Positions 14,383-24,379 of a stretch of 64,000 bases of DNA are shown here, piece by piece. The notes beneath the pieces are model-generated. The model saw only the letters and a list, made by a program, of their open reading frames with translations. It made no database searches and was not told the DNA's origin. Within the stretch, counting starts at the first letter, position 1, and every line of letters begins with the position of its first letter. This DNA is from a virus: positions 1-64,000 of the IMG/VR virus record IMGVR_UViG_3300027541_000218. One strand, given 5' to 3'. The translations under genes were made by a program, and so were the position numbers.

Positions 14383-15306
14383 GTGGCACACTTATCAATT
14401 AAAGAATTGTCTAAGCGCAATAACTTTCAGACCTTTGTCTATAGAATAGGCATTGGTCAAGGGTTTTATCTTGTTAATACAGATATACTTGTTAAGTTAA
14501 ATAAATCTATTTTAGAAAATATTTTATCAGTTGACGATTTAAATAATTATAAAGTTGGTAGATCAATACAATTACCAACTGAAACTAATGATTTAGTTCC
14601 ATTAAGTATGCTTTATAAAGACTCAGATTTTTCTACTAGAACACAAAATACAACAGCAAAACAAGATGAACAGATATTTAATATTGCATGTTTAATGGAT
14701 AGTATTAAAAATGAAAGTGGCTTAGAATATGTGCCAATTAAAATTATAGATAATATATATAATGTAAGGTCAATAAAATCTTTAGAAGATAAATCCAAGG
14801 CTGATTTTTGTTTCATAGACTTAGATGGTAAAGAAGTAGGTTTTGTATCACATAAAGATGGTATAAGCCCTAGAGACTTCCAACAGTGGTCTGGTACATC
14901 AAAAAGATTTCAAGAAGAAATATTTTTACATCCTGAGACTCAAGATTTTATTTCTGTTTTGAAAGAAAATTTTAATGACAGTCTTCCACCAGCGTCAACA
15001 GTAGCAAGAAAAATATCAGATCAAAGACTAAAACATCTTGCCGTATTTGGTAATGATTTTGGTCAAGTGCTTGGTAGAAACAATGTTGAGGCTGTAATGC
15101 AAGGAGATTTACAACTTATATTTAAGAATGAATACTGTGAATTGGTTGGATCTCACTATACTATTAAGAATGGAGAGATACCTGTTTACGGATATGAGCC
15201 AGTGCTTATGGCAGTACACAAAAGAGATAGAAGCGATCATTGGATTAAAAACTGTAGGCTTACTATAAATCCATTAGGTACTAGAACTATTAAGTTGTTC
15301 ATATAG
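14383..15306 (+). CDS. hypothetical protein, possible PD-(D/E)XK-type endonuclease
   Basis: KADFCF...VSHKDG...FQQWSG resembles a restriction-like catalytic motif; very AT-rich. Confidence 0.5.
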   Translation: MAHLSIKELSKRNNFQTFVYRIGIGQGFYLVNTDILVKLNKSILENILSVDDLNNYKVGRSIQLPTETNDLVPLSMLYKDSDFSTRTQNTTAKQDEQIFNIACLMDSIKNESGLEYVPIKIIDNIYNVRSIKSLEDKSKADFCFIDLDGKEVGFVSHKDGISPRDFQQWSGTSKRFQEEIFLHPETQDFISVLKENFNDSLPPASTVARKISDQRLKHLAVFGNDFGQVLGRNNVEAVMQGDLQLIFKNEYCELVGSHYTIKNGEIPVYGYEPVLMAVHKRDRSDHWIKNCRLTINPLGTRTIKLFI

Positions 15307-15337
15307 TTGATGCTATAATTATATAAAAGGGGTAATA

Positions 15338-16291
15338 TTGGCTAAAATTGTATTCTTAGGTAACTTTAGTGTTGACTACAGTAGTGAAACGCATCATGCT
15401 AAATCATTAGAGGCTCTTGGGCATACCGTCGTTAAAATGCAGGAGCAAAAGGCTAAGAGCAATGTTATTCTTGCTGAAGCATTACAAAGCGATTTATTTG
15501 TATGGGTTCATACTCATGGCTGGAAGACTCCAGGATCACCTTCTATGGATGTAGTTTTAACTGAATTAAAGAAGGCTGGCATACCAACAATGACCTATCA
15601 TCTTGATCTTTGGTTTGGACTAAAACGACAAAAAGATTTAGAAAATGATAATTTTTATAGAACAATTGGTCACTTCTTTACTGTAGATAAACTTATGGCT
15701 GATTGGTTTAATGATAATACATCAGTAAAAGGACACTACCTTCCTGCTGGGGTATATGGAGAAGAGTGTTATTTAGATAGTTCTTATGGAAATGGTTACG
15801 AGCATGACATTATATTTGTTGGAAGTAAGGGTTATCACCCAGAATATCCATATCGCCCAATGTTAATTGACTATCTAAGACAAACCTATGGCAAAAGATT
15901 TTTACATGTTGGTGGAGATGGCGATACTGGAACTGTGCGTGGAGAAAAGTTAAATAGGATTTATGCTAAAAGTAAGATTGCAATTGGAGATAGTTTAAAT
16001 TTAAATTTTGACTATCCGTATTATACAAGTGATAGACTATTTGAAAGTACTGGTCGTGGTGGGTTCACAATCTACCCTGATATTAAAGGACTAAGAGATT
16101 TATTTGTAGATAAAGAAGAAATTGTTTTTTATGAACATGGTAACTTTAAAGATCTAAAAAACAAAATAGATTATTATCTTGAGCATGATGAAGAACGTGA
16201 AAAGATAAGGGTCGCTGGACATGAAAGAACTAAAAAAGAACATACATATGTTCATAGATGGGCAACAATAATAAGGGAGTTAAACCTATGA
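15338..16291 (+). CDS. glycosyltransferase (CgeB / Glyco_trans_1_2-like)
   Basis: DIIFVGS, IYAKSKIAIG, SDRLFE..G.GGF, HTYVHR motifs. Confidence 0.85.
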   Translation: MAKIVFLGNFSVDYSSETHHAKSLEALGHTVVKMQEQKAKSNVILAEALQSDLFVWVHTHGWKTPGSPSMDVVLTELKKAGIPTMTYHLDLWFGLKRQKDLENDNFYRTIGHFFTVDKLMADWFNDNTSVKGHYLPAGVYGEECYLDSSYGNGYEHDIIFVGSKGYHPEYPYRPMLIDYLRQTYGKRFLHVGGDGDTGTVRGEKLNRIYAKSKIAIGDSLNLNFDYPYYTSDRLFESTGRGGFTIYPDIKGLRDLFVDKEEIVFYEHGNFKDLKNKIDYYLEHDEEREKIRVAGHERTKKEHTYVHRWATIIRELNL

Positions 16292-17001
16292 CAGAGATGG
16301 TTAAAGCCGTTATAAACGGAGAGTTTGAAATAACATTACCAAAGCATAGGGCAGATAGACCAGACTGGTATCAACCACAAGGTTGGGAGAAACCAAGATT
16401 AAAGTCTATGCATGAAAATATTGGTGAAAACGATGTTGTTTACTATGTTGGTGCTGAAGAAGGAGAGATGCCAGCATTATGTCAGATGTGGGGTGCTGAG
16501 GTTGTTTTATTTGAGCCTAACCCAAAAGTTTGGTCACACTTTCCATTACTTTGGAGTGCTAATAATTTAAAAATGCCACTTGCCTGTATTCCTGGATTTG
16601 CATCAGATAAAGATAATAAGTTAGCAAGAATTTATTACAGCGAGTTTCCACCAGAGGCTGATTCTCCTATTGAGGCAGCGCATGGATTTAAAGAACTTCA
16701 GTATGAAGCAGATAAATATGGACAAACTAAAATTGATACTCTTGTTTATGAAAAAGGATTAAAGCCACCAACAGTAATCTCTCTTGATGTTGAGGGAAGT
16801 GAATGGCGTGTTCTTGGTGGTGCAGAAAAAACAATGAGAGAATTTAGACCAAAAATTTGGTTATCTGGTCATCCAGAATTTATGATGATGTATTGGAAAG
16901 AATATCTATATGATTTAAGACAGTTTATTAAAGGCATTGGATATAAAGAATATCTTTTAGATTATCAACATGAGGTTCATTTTTATTATGAACCAGCCTA
17001 A
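16258..17001 (+). CDS. FkbM-family SAM methyltransferase
   Basis: VGAEEG, FEPNP, ISLDVEGSEWRVLGG; probable start 16288. Confidence 0.85.
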   Translation: MGNNNKGVKPMTEMVKAVINGEFEITLPKHRADRPDWYQPQGWEKPRLKSMHENIGENDVVYYVGAEEGEMPALCQMWGAEVVLFEPNPKVWSHFPLLWSANNLKMPLACIPGFASDKDNKLARIYYSEFPPEADSPIEAAHGFKELQYEADKYGQTKIDTLVYEKGLKPPTVISLDVEGSEWRVLGGAEKTMREFRPKIWLSGHPEFMMMYWKEYLYDLRQFIKGIGYKEYLLDYQHEVHFYYEPA

Positions 17002-17848
17002 AGCATATATATTTTCTATTGATCCTTTAGATGCTGCTGATGGTAAATGGGATTACGGTTTGCTTAAAGAAACTTTTGAACGTCATCACATTGATCAATT
17101 AGTTGTAAAAAATATACCAAAAGATGAAAGAGCATTTGTAGTAATTCCTGGTCAAGGTAATGCGGGTAAAGAAGAACTAATTAATAAGGAACTTAGTAAT
17201 CTTGATAGAGTAGTATTATTTATTACTGGAGACGAGTCTGCTACATTTAATGTAGATCTTATTAGTCATCCTAATATTAAGATATGGGTTCAATACCCCC
17301 ACAAAAAACATGAAAAATATCAAAAGTTTTTTATTGGTGTTCCACAGCATTTAAAGGCTGAAAAGCCAGATTATCCTAGCAAAGATTATGACGTTTATTT
17401 TGGTGGACAGGTTACACATCAACGTAGAAAGCAACTAGGAGAGGTCATGCAAACCCTTCCAAATGCCCTTTATAAGCCCACAAAAGGCTTTGCACAGGGT
17501 GATACACCAAAGGAATACTATAAGACGCTCTCAAAGGCAAAGATAGCCCCTGCGCCAGCGGGTGCTGTAGTAGTTGATTCTTTTAGATTTTTTGAGGCTA
17601 TAGAAATGTTATGTATGCCTGTTGGAGATGGAAGAAACTCTCAAGGAGAAGTTGATAGTTATTTTAAATATATTTATCCTAAAGATCTACCTTTTCCAAT
17701 AGTAGATAATTGGAATGAATTAAATGAACTTCTACCAGATCTTATTTCTAACTATCCTAATAATATGCATCAAGTAGTTTGTTGGTGGTTAAAATATAAA
17801 AGAGATTTTGGTTTTAAGGTTATGAGGCAACTTCATGAACAAGAGTGA
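16970..17848 (+). CDS. glycosyltransferase, exostosin/GT47-like
   Basis: YDVYFGG, YYKTLSKAKIAPAPAG, SFRFFEAIEMLCMPV. Confidence 0.7.
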   Translation: MRFIFIMNQPKAYIFSIDPLDAADGKWDYGLLKETFERHHIDQLVVKNIPKDERAFVVIPGQGNAGKEELINKELSNLDRVVLFITGDESATFNVDLISHPNIKIWVQYPHKKHEKYQKFFIGVPQHLKAEKPDYPSKDYDVYFGGQVTHQRRKQLGEVMQTLPNALYKPTKGFAQGDTPKEYYKTLSKAKIAPAPAGAVVVDSFRFFEAIEMLCMPVGDGRNSQGEVDSYFKYIYPKDLPFPIVDNWNELNELLPDLISNYPNNMHQVVCWWLKYKRDFGFKVMRQLHEQE

Positions 17849-18566
17849 TATTACGGCTATACTTGTTACCTCTGTATTGCCAAGTCATCCAGATACCCGC
17901 ATACTTGATGAAACACTTGCTTCTATTCGTACCCATTTGCCAGAGAATGAGGTTATCCTTCAAATTGATGGGCTTAGAGAAGAAAGAGCAAGCCGCAAAG
18001 AAGATTACAATGAGTTTAAAAATCGTGTACTTTGGAAATGCATACATGAATGGAAAAATGTTTTACCAGTAATATTTGACGAACATTGTCATCAGACTAC
18101 AATGATGAAAAGAACTATTGATATGGTGAACACTTCAGCACTTTTATATGTTGAGGGAGATGCACCGCTTACATCAGATCAGCCAATTGATTGGCAGAAA
18201 TGTTTAGACATGATGGAATACAATAGTGCCAATACTATTAGGTTTCATTTTGAAGCATCCATTCCTAAAGAACACGAACATTTAATGTTTGGTATTGAAA
18301 ACGGTTTTATGAAAACAAATCAATGGAGCCAAAGACCACATCTTAGTTTAGCAAAATATTATAGAGAAATAGTTCTACCCTTCTCTGATGAAAAAACTTT
18401 TATTGAAGATAGATTTCATGGAAAAGTTCAAGACGACCCATGGTGGAAACATAAACTATGGATCTATCATCCTGAAGGTAACATAAAAAGATCTTATCAT
18501 TTAGACGGACGTGAGGGAACAAGAAAATTTACTGCAGATGATGAAGTCTGGGGATATAAAGAGTGA
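17835..18566 (+). CDS. GT-A fold glycosyltransferase-like protein
   Basis: LQIDG, LYVEGD, WSQRPH, SYHLDGR; lies within the GT operon. Confidence 0.6.
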   Translation: MNKSDITAILVTSVLPSHPDTRILDETLASIRTHLPENEVILQIDGLREERASRKEDYNEFKNRVLWKCIHEWKNVLPVIFDEHCHQTTMMKRTIDMVNTSALLYVEGDAPLTSDQPIDWQKCLDMMEYNSANTIRFHFEASIPKEHEHLMFGIENGFMKTNQWSQRPHLSLAKYYREIVLPFSDEKTFIEDRFHGKVQDDPWWKHKLWIYHPEGNIKRSYHLDGREGTRKFTADDEVWGYKE

Positions 18567-19594
18567 ACCTAGGAATAATTGTAAGATCAGATAATACTGG
18601 TCTTGGGAATCAAACAAGAGAATTAACTTATATGCTAAATCCTACAAAGGTTATGCTTATCAACTCTCATTCTTTTAATAAAAATAAACAGCACCCAGAG
18701 TGGTATGATAAATATAATATTTATCCTGTAAGGGGTTTTCCAAAGGCTGGAGATATATCTGCATTTCTAAAAGGGCTTGATGTTGTTTTAACCTGTGAAA
18801 CATTTTATAATAATCAGTTTGTAGATATTGCTAGAAAGATGGGCGTTAAAACAGTATTGCAATATAATTATGAGTTTTTAGATATGGTTGTTAATCCTAG
18901 AATATCTGTACCAGATATTTTGCTTGGTCCTAGCATGTGGTATTTTGATCATATGCAGGAGTTATTTTCAGATAAAGCAAAAGTTTTGCATTTACCGCCA
19001 CCAATTGATCACACAAAATTTAATGAGGTAAGAAAAGAAAACATGTCTAAAGATCATTTTAGAGTACTACATGTAGGTGGAAAGGCTGCATCTGAAGATA
19101 GAAACGGCACTCATTCAGTGCTGGAAATGTTAAGATACTCAAAAACAGATTACGAACTTGTTATCAAAACCCAAACACATATTAATATTTCTACCAAAGA
19201 TTCTAGGATTAAGGTGGATCATAGTGATGAACCAGTTAGAGAAAATCTTTATAAAGGATTTGATTTAGTAATTATGCCAAGAAGATATGCAGGCTTATGC
19301 CTGCCAATGAATGAGGCATTAATGAGTGGTTTGCCAGTGTTTATGACTAATATATCTCCTAATAACTATGTTTTACCAAAGGAGTGGCTTGCTAATTCTG
19401 AAAAAACTGGAACATTAAAAACTAGAATGATGCTTGATGTGTATTCTGCAGATCCAAAACATTTGGGCAAGATGGTTGATAAATTTATGAATCAAAGAAG
19501 TAGATACAAAGATAAAGAACATGCTTTTGAAATTGCTATGAATAACTTTTCTACTGAAAAACTTAAAGATAAATATATTGATATATTAAAATAA
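18563..19594 (+). CDS. GT4-type glycosyltransferase
   Basis: DNTGLG, DLVIMPRRYAGLCLPMNEALMSGLPV. Confidence 0.85.
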   Translation: MNLGIIVRSDNTGLGNQTRELTYMLNPTKVMLINSHSFNKNKQHPEWYDKYNIYPVRGFPKAGDISAFLKGLDVVLTCETFYNNQFVDIARKMGVKTVLQYNYEFLDMVVNPRISVPDILLGPSMWYFDHMQELFSDKAKVLHLPPPIDHTKFNEVRKENMSKDHFRVLHVGGKAASEDRNGTHSVLEMLRYSKTDYELVIKTQTHINISTKDSRIKVDHSDEPVRENLYKGFDLVIMPRRYAGLCLPMNEALMSGLPVFMTNISPNNYVLPKEWLANSEKTGTLKTRMMLDVYSADPKHLGKMVDKFMNQRSRYKDKEHAFEIAMNNFSTEKLKDKYIDILK

Positions 19595-19618
19595 GACGGG
19601 TCCATTGCTAGACCCGCC
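19595..19618. terminator. hairpin at the convergence of the + and - strand blocks
   Basis: CGGGTC-CATTGCTA-GACCCG. Confidence 0.45.
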
Positions 19619-19636
19619 TTATAGTTACTAACTAAA

Positions 19637-19888
19637 TTACTTAGCAGTCTTCTTCTTTGGCTTTGCAGCCTTAAGAGCCTCTTCAACTACAGAAGCCTTT
19701 GGCAAACGACCAAATGCTGCATCGTTAGGATTAATTGCACGTGCTGCTACTGGAATGAGTGCACCAACAAGTGCTGCCCATAGATCCTTTGGATCTGTTA
19801 CTCCTGCAACGTACAATGCTGCTACTGCACCAACAATCGAACGACCATATGATGCAAGCATTGCTTTATGTTTCTTACTTAGTTCCAT
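19637..19888 (-). CDS. small membrane protein (holin-like)
   Basis: Two hydrophobic helices, NPNDAAFG, Lys-rich tail; AGGAGG RBS. Confidence 0.6.
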   Translation of the reverse strand: MELSKKHKAMLASYGRSIVGAVAALYVAGVTDPKDLWAALVGALIPVAARAINPNDAAFGRLPKASVVEEALKAAKPKKKTAK

Positions 19889-19897
19889 GTTTTCCTC

Positions 19898-20056
19898 CTA
19901 GGATAGAACCTTTATTAGTATAGCATAGCCAGCCCACAAGCCAATAATTCCTGCCACCCCTGCAAAAACTGGCGGTGCTGGAACTGGCAACTTGAATGCA
20001 GCAAATACTAAACCGCATCCAAAACCTGTTAATGTTGATAATATAATATCTTTCAT
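19898..20056 (-). CDS. XapX/DUF1427-like membrane peptide (52 aa)
   Basis: GFGCGLVFAAFKLPVPAPPVFAGVAGIIGLWAGY; hand-translated. Confidence 0.7.
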   Translation of the reverse strand: MKDIILSTLTGFGCGLVFAAFKLPVPAPPVFAGVAGIIGLWAGYAILIKVLS

Positions 20057-20262
20057 CCCTTTACCCCCTTACCACTGTCTGGATTTTCTGGATGATCCAA
20101 TGGAGTTGGTGCGGTACATAGCGCACCACAGTTATCGCACTGAATATCCAAATGATACATAGCAACCATATAAGTTTCTGGATCAAATGATATTAATGCC
20201 CTGAATAAATTTTGTCCACAATTTGGGCAATCGCAAGTTGGAATACCCCTAGCGTCTATCAT
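20053..20262 (-). CDS. Zn-ribbon hypothetical protein
   Basis: CPNCG...CDNCG. Confidence 0.65.
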   Translation of the reverse strand: MIDARGIPTCDCPNCGQNLFRALISFDPETYMVAMYHLDIQCDNCGALCTAPTPLDHPENPDSGKGVKG

Positions 20263-20629
20263 CTATGTTCTCTGGTAAAAGTGTAAGTAACTTATCTGAT
20301 AGTTCTTTTTTATCAATACTATTTAACTCTTCAATAACTTCTTTTATAGTTTCTTGAGACCGCTCAATATAATCAAAAGCCCAATCACGAGAATCAGATA
20401 AAAATTTAATAAAGTTTTCTTTATGAATATCTTGATCTTCTGGAGATGATGCAAAAGACTGGGTAGTTTCAAGTGCTGTTGACATTGAACTATAGGCAAC
20501 AAGTAGTTGTGCAAATCCATCACTTACAGTTTTAAGTTTTTTTACTACAGCAACATATGCAATCATAAAAGATAAAGAAATGATGCTAAGTACAGCCAGT
20601 GCGATTTCCATATTAATTCCTTTGTCCAA
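20249..20629 (-). CDS. membrane-anchored hypothetical protein
   Basis: N-terminal TM helix; FIKFLSDSRDWAFDYIE. Confidence 0.65.
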   Translation of the reverse strand: MDKGINMEIALAVLSIISLSFMIAYVAVVKKLKTVSDGFAQLLVAYSSMSTALETTQSFASSPEDQDIHKENFIKFLSDSRDWAFDYIERSQETIKEVIEELNSIDKKELSDKLLTLLPENIDDRR

Positions 20630-21545
20630 ATACTATTGTATCACCAGAGTGGTTATACATTTTTTTAAAGTCTATACCTGTCATTTTTTCATAAAGTTTA
20701 ATATGCCTATATTTTCCCACACCAAAAATACCCTCTTCAATTCCACACAACACCTTGCGCTGTTTATCTTTAGATATGTCTTCTAGTTCTTTCCAAGATA
20801 CCTTACGTATATTACGATCTTTCCATATCTTGCTATACCCCTCACGAGTATAAAAATGATAAAGAATTGTTATGCAAGGAGAATAAATATCCCATCCTCG
20901 TGTCCATGCTCGTACTGCAAAACATAACTCTTCTCCAAAAAATGATATCTCTGGATCATACGGAACTTCTTGTACAATGTTACCTGTGGTAAAAATAAAT
21001 CCACCTAATACTGTAGTAGATAACTCAGGAACATTTTTATTAGTTAGTTCTAATCTTTCAGCAGTCCACTCATTACGCTTAGTAAGTTTTGGTATTTGTT
21101 TTGTTGGGTAGGGCAATTGAGTTTTATTATTTTTTATAATATTAATTGTTTTATTTGTCTCTACATAAAATGGTGGAGGAAAATAAGAAAGAATTATCTT
21201 ATCATTGTTTGATAATAGTTTTGCTAACTCATGTTGTTTAATGCATAAGAGATCCCAATGTTTTTCAAACATTGTGTGTGAATCAATTTGTAAAAAATAA
21301 TCTTGCCCATCATACGATTCCATAGCCTTTGCTCTTGCAAAACCAGCACCTCTAGCATACTTAGGATGCATCTTTTGTAGAGAAAGTCTAGGTACCCAAG
21401 ATAAATCTGGTTCAAACTTTTCAAACTCTTGAAGAACTACAGAGAAGTATAGTTCTTCTGGATGTGCGGCATTATCAATAGCAGATTTAATAGTTCTAAC
21501 TAATTCTGGATCTCTATAACTTGCTATTGATATAAATATGCTCAC
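20613..21545 (-). CDS. GT60-like GlcNAc transferase (Skp1-hydroxyproline / polypeptide GlcNAc-T family)
   Basis: IFISIASYRDPEL, GAGFAR, LQIDSH, VPYDP..FFGEE, RAWTRGWD, HFY. Confidence 0.8.
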   Translation of the reverse strand: MSIFISIASYRDPELVRTIKSAIDNAAHPEELYFSVVLQEFEKFEPDLSWVPRLSLQKMHPKYARGAGFARAKAMESYDGQDYFLQIDSHTMFEKHWDLLCIKQHELAKLLSNNDKIILSYFPPPFYVETNKTINIIKNNKTQLPYPTKQIPKLTKRNEWTAERLELTNKNVPELSTTVLGGFIFTTGNIVQEVPYDPEISFFGEELCFAVRAWTRGWDIYSPCITILYHFYTREGYSKIWKDRNIRKVSWKELEDISKDKQRKVLCGIEEGIFGVGKYRHIKLYEKMTGIDFKKMYNHSGDTIVFGQRN

Positions 21546-22246
21546 TACTTATAAATTTTCTTTGCTCTTTTTGAAGCATAATAGCCATAAAGTTTAGTAA
21601 ATAGTTTTTCTGACTCAAAGTATGCTTTGTTTCTACCAGGATTAGTAAACTCTGATTCCCATGCATCTCGTCTAAATGGAATCATTTGTACCATAGGAGT
21701 ACCTTTTTCAATAGTACCGCTAAATCCTTCTTTAATAAAGAATGGACAATTAATTGATGTTGTTAAAATATCTGTATCAACAACGCCAGGAATTACACGT
21801 ATTGGTAAATTTTGATATCCAACTGGATGTATGAATAATGTTGACCAGCCAGGGGGAGTTATGATATTCCATCCATGATAATATTTAAAAGCGGATGGGC
21901 TATAACCATCTGGAACTTGAAAACTACTTAACTGATCAGCAGACCATACACTTAATACTTCCTCATCTGTGGTCCACTGAACATATGGAATATTATTTTG
22001 TTGTGTAACATATAGGTCAGACCATAATGGAAGAATGTATCCAGCAGTTAACATATCTATTGTAGGAGCACACTGCTTTACTGTAATACTTGCTTTTGGA
22101 TCAAACTTTAACATGTTTTGGTCATTTGCATACTTTGGAATGTCTTTCCACCAATCAGGAACCATCTTGGCTGCTGGCACTGGTCTTTCTCTGACCTCAT
22201 ATACATGCTCAGTTTGCGCTTCAAATGTTATGATATTATTTTTCAT
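21545..22246 (-). CDS. conserved phage hypothetical protein (paralog of 10655-11347)
   Basis: VPDWWK, KQCAPTIDML.AGY, HP...LP...GVVDTD, GTPMVQMIPFRR..W. Confidence 0.75.
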   Translation of the reverse strand: MKNNIITFEAQTEHVYEVRERPVPAAKMVPDWWKDIPKYANDQNMLKFDPKASITVKQCAPTIDMLTAGYILPLWSDLYVTQQNNIPYVQWTTDEEVLSVWSADQLSSFQVPDGYSPSAFKYYHGWNIITPPGWSTLFIHPVGYQNLPIRVIPGVVDTDILTTSINCPFFIKEGFSGTIEKGTPMVQMIPFRRDAWESEFTNPGRNKAYFESEKLFTKLYGYYASKRAKKIYK

Positions 22247-22727
22247 TATCTTCCTTTACATGTGTAACCCAATAGTATTTACACGTTGAGCAGCATGGAA
22301 CATTATATGGACTAAATGTTGCTGGCTGAAACTGTGCATAATATAGTGGATCCTTATTAAATAAATTTGCTTTATGAGTAGTTACAACACGCATCATTGT
22401 ATGCTCATTAGTTAACCAGTCTGGCATTCCTGATCCCCAAGAATCTCCCACTTTAGTAAAAAGTGCTTGTATATTTGCTTCGTTTTTATCTGTCTTGATA
22501 CCTCTAAGTCTAGCCTCATGTATCATTGCTTTAATGTAAATATGCAAAGTTTTCTCAAAACCACGCCACATTTTTACGGCTGGATGATTACGCCATCCAC
22601 CAGTAGGAGATTGACCCGATAAAACATTGAGTATTTGATAGCCTTCTAAAATCTGTTTATTAAGACGCTTAGAGTCTAACATTTGAGCACAGGTAATAAA
22701 ATTACTAGACGGTAAAAAAGTTTGCAT
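22236..22727 (-). CDS. pyrimidine-dimer DNA glycosylase / MSMEG_6728 family
   Basis: MQTFLP...LDSKRLNKQILE..QIL, W.NHPAVKMWRG, HKANL..KDP..Y. Confidence 0.85.
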   Translation of the reverse strand: MQTFLPSSNFITCAQMLDSKRLNKQILEGYQILNVLSGQSPTGGWRNHPAVKMWRGFEKTLHIYIKAMIHEARLRGIKTDKNEANIQALFTKVGDSWGSGMPDWLTNEHTMMRVVTTHKANLFNKDPLYYAQFQPATFSPYNVPCCSTCKYYWVTHVKEDNEK

Positions 22728-22885
22728 GATTCTAATATACCATTACTGCTTGGATTTGTCAATAGGAAATGTAGTTGTACATACAATGCATACTTTATAA
22801 CTTAATCCTGTAAAAGGGCAAGATCCAGCATCTGCTAAATTATGACCCTTTATTTTACATTTAAAATAATTTATAAAATGTTTAA

Positions 22886-23155
22886 TCATTTAATTACCTC
22901 TCTAGTAACTAGCACAATTGCCCCTTCCATTTCTAAAGCCTTCTTTACCATTGATACATACTTGACTGCATCTAACTTTTCATCATGAGTCATTCGTATA
23001 AATGATCTCTCATCTAATTTTATCGTAATGAATGTCTCATTGTCAATAAGACTTACCCCAAAGTTTTTAGGAGCGGGTATAGAATGAAATGCCATACGCA
23101 TTTTATCTGTATACATTATTGCTCCATTGTTAGTGCTTGCCAGGTATAAGACCAA
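22886..23155 (-). CDS. hypothetical protein
   Basis: Probable start at MYTDKM (23116). Confidence 0.6.
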   Translation of the reverse strand: MVLYLASTNNGAIMYTDKMRMAFHSIPAPKNFGVSLIDNETFITIKLDERSFIRMTHDEKLDAVKYVSMVKKALEMEGAIVLVTREVIK

Positions 23156-23400
23156 TCTTTTTTAGTCTTATGATTATTAAATTCTTTAGAGATTTCTCCG
23201 CCCTCTAAATATATTCCACCCCAAATTCCCCACTCTTTGCCAGATACGCCTACTGCAAAACATTTATTAGCAACTGGACATGTTCTACAAAGAGAGTCTA
23301 CAAATTCTCTTGTTTCAGTTTGTTCTTCGTAAATATCAAAGAATACATTAGTATCGGATCCTAGACAAAGAGCATCGTCTTTCCACAGATGCTGTTTCAT
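23116..23400 (-). CDS. whiB: WhiB-family transcription factor
   Basis: ALC...FF...CRTCPV...C...GIWGG. Confidence 0.9.
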   Translation of the reverse strand: MKQHLWKDDALCLGSDTNVFFDIYEEQTETREFVDSLCRTCPVANKCFAVGVSGKEWGIWGGIYLEGGEISKEFNNHKTKKDWSYTWQALTMEQ

Positions 23401-23402
23401 AT

Positions 23403-23612
23403 CTATCCCCTATACTTATTTGGAATATCCCATCCATTGCGGTTAACTGGATAAATGCGCTGAAGGTACCAGACTCCATTTACTCTAACCCCATTGACGG
23501 CAGTACGTGCAGCATCTGATCTTTTACGATCTGCTACATCCCAACCAATCCAAGAAAGATTATTGTTACGAGCAACAATCTTTTCCATTTTTTCTAAATT
23601 TGTTACTATCAT
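23403..23612 (-). CDS. hypothetical protein
   Basis: 69-aa ORF in a tightly packed operon. Confidence 0.65.
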   Translation of the reverse strand: MIVTNLEKMEKIVARNNNLSWIGWDVADRKRSDAARTAVNGVRVNGVWYLQRIYPVNRNGWDIPNKYRG

Positions 23613-23620
23613 ATTTCCCC

Positions 23621-23971
23621 CTAGTATCTAAAAATTCCAACTTCAATGTTTTTTAGTTCTGCTTCTGCAACAAGTTTAGAAACTGGTTGTTTTGGTTTAC
23701 TTAAGAATGCAAAATAATTAACATAAGTCATATTTTCATAAACCCATTGAATAGGAACTTTATAGTATTTAATTCTTTTTCCTCTTGCCTTCATGCCACG
23801 TTCTGAAAGGTTACAGAATTCTGAGACCATAGAATTAATTCTTGCAGGTCCAGCGGAGTAGATAAAGAAGTCTTGATCATCTTCTTTCATGCTTGACATA
23901 GCAACGCCCATAGCACGAATGAAGACATTATAATCATTAAAGTCACTCGTTCCCTGTACTACTACTATCAT
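23621..23971 (-). CDS. hypothetical protein (possible SLOG/YspA-like fold)
   Basis: MIVVVQGT..FNDY start. Confidence 0.6.
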   Translation of the reverse strand: MIVVVQGTSDFNDYNVFIRAMGVAMSSMKEDDQDFFIYSAGPARINSMVSEFCNLSERGMKARGKRIKYYKVPIQWVYENMTYVNYFAFLSKPKQPVSKLVAEAELKNIEVGIFRY

Positions 23972-24365
23972 CTCTCTTCTTTCCCTTACCTAAATTATCC
24001 AATATAAAAAGCATTTTGTCAATATCTTTTTTAGACATATCTGCAGTGTCAACTGGCTTCACACTTTCTGGAATTATGTTTCCATATTGTGTTTCAGCCA
24101 CATAAAAGATATTATCTTTAACCCAGTATGCCTTGTCCTCTATAACAATTATTTTTACCATATGTGCTTCTACATGTTTTCTAGACTGTGAAACCACTTC
24201 TGGTTTTTTATATAGATTTTTAGGCATAAAATGTTTTGTTCTCTCATGTATAGATGTTTGGCTATACGTGATACGACCAATATTTTTCATGCTTTTTCTT
24301 GTGCTAAGTTTAATTATAGCCAAAGACAATACAAAAGTCAAGCCTATGGCTAAAATGTATTCCAT
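23943..24365 (-). CDS. membrane-anchored hypothetical protein
   Basis: N-terminal TM helix. Confidence 0.65.
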   Translation of the reverse strand: MEYILAIGLTFVLSLAIIKLSTRKSMKNIGRITYSQTSIHERTKHFMPKNLYKKPEVVSQSRKHVEAHMVKIIVIEDKAYWVKDNIFYVAETQYGNIIPESVKPVDTADMSKKDIDKMLFILDNLGKGKKRDDSSSTGNE

Positions 24366-24379
24366 CTTATTTCCTACTA

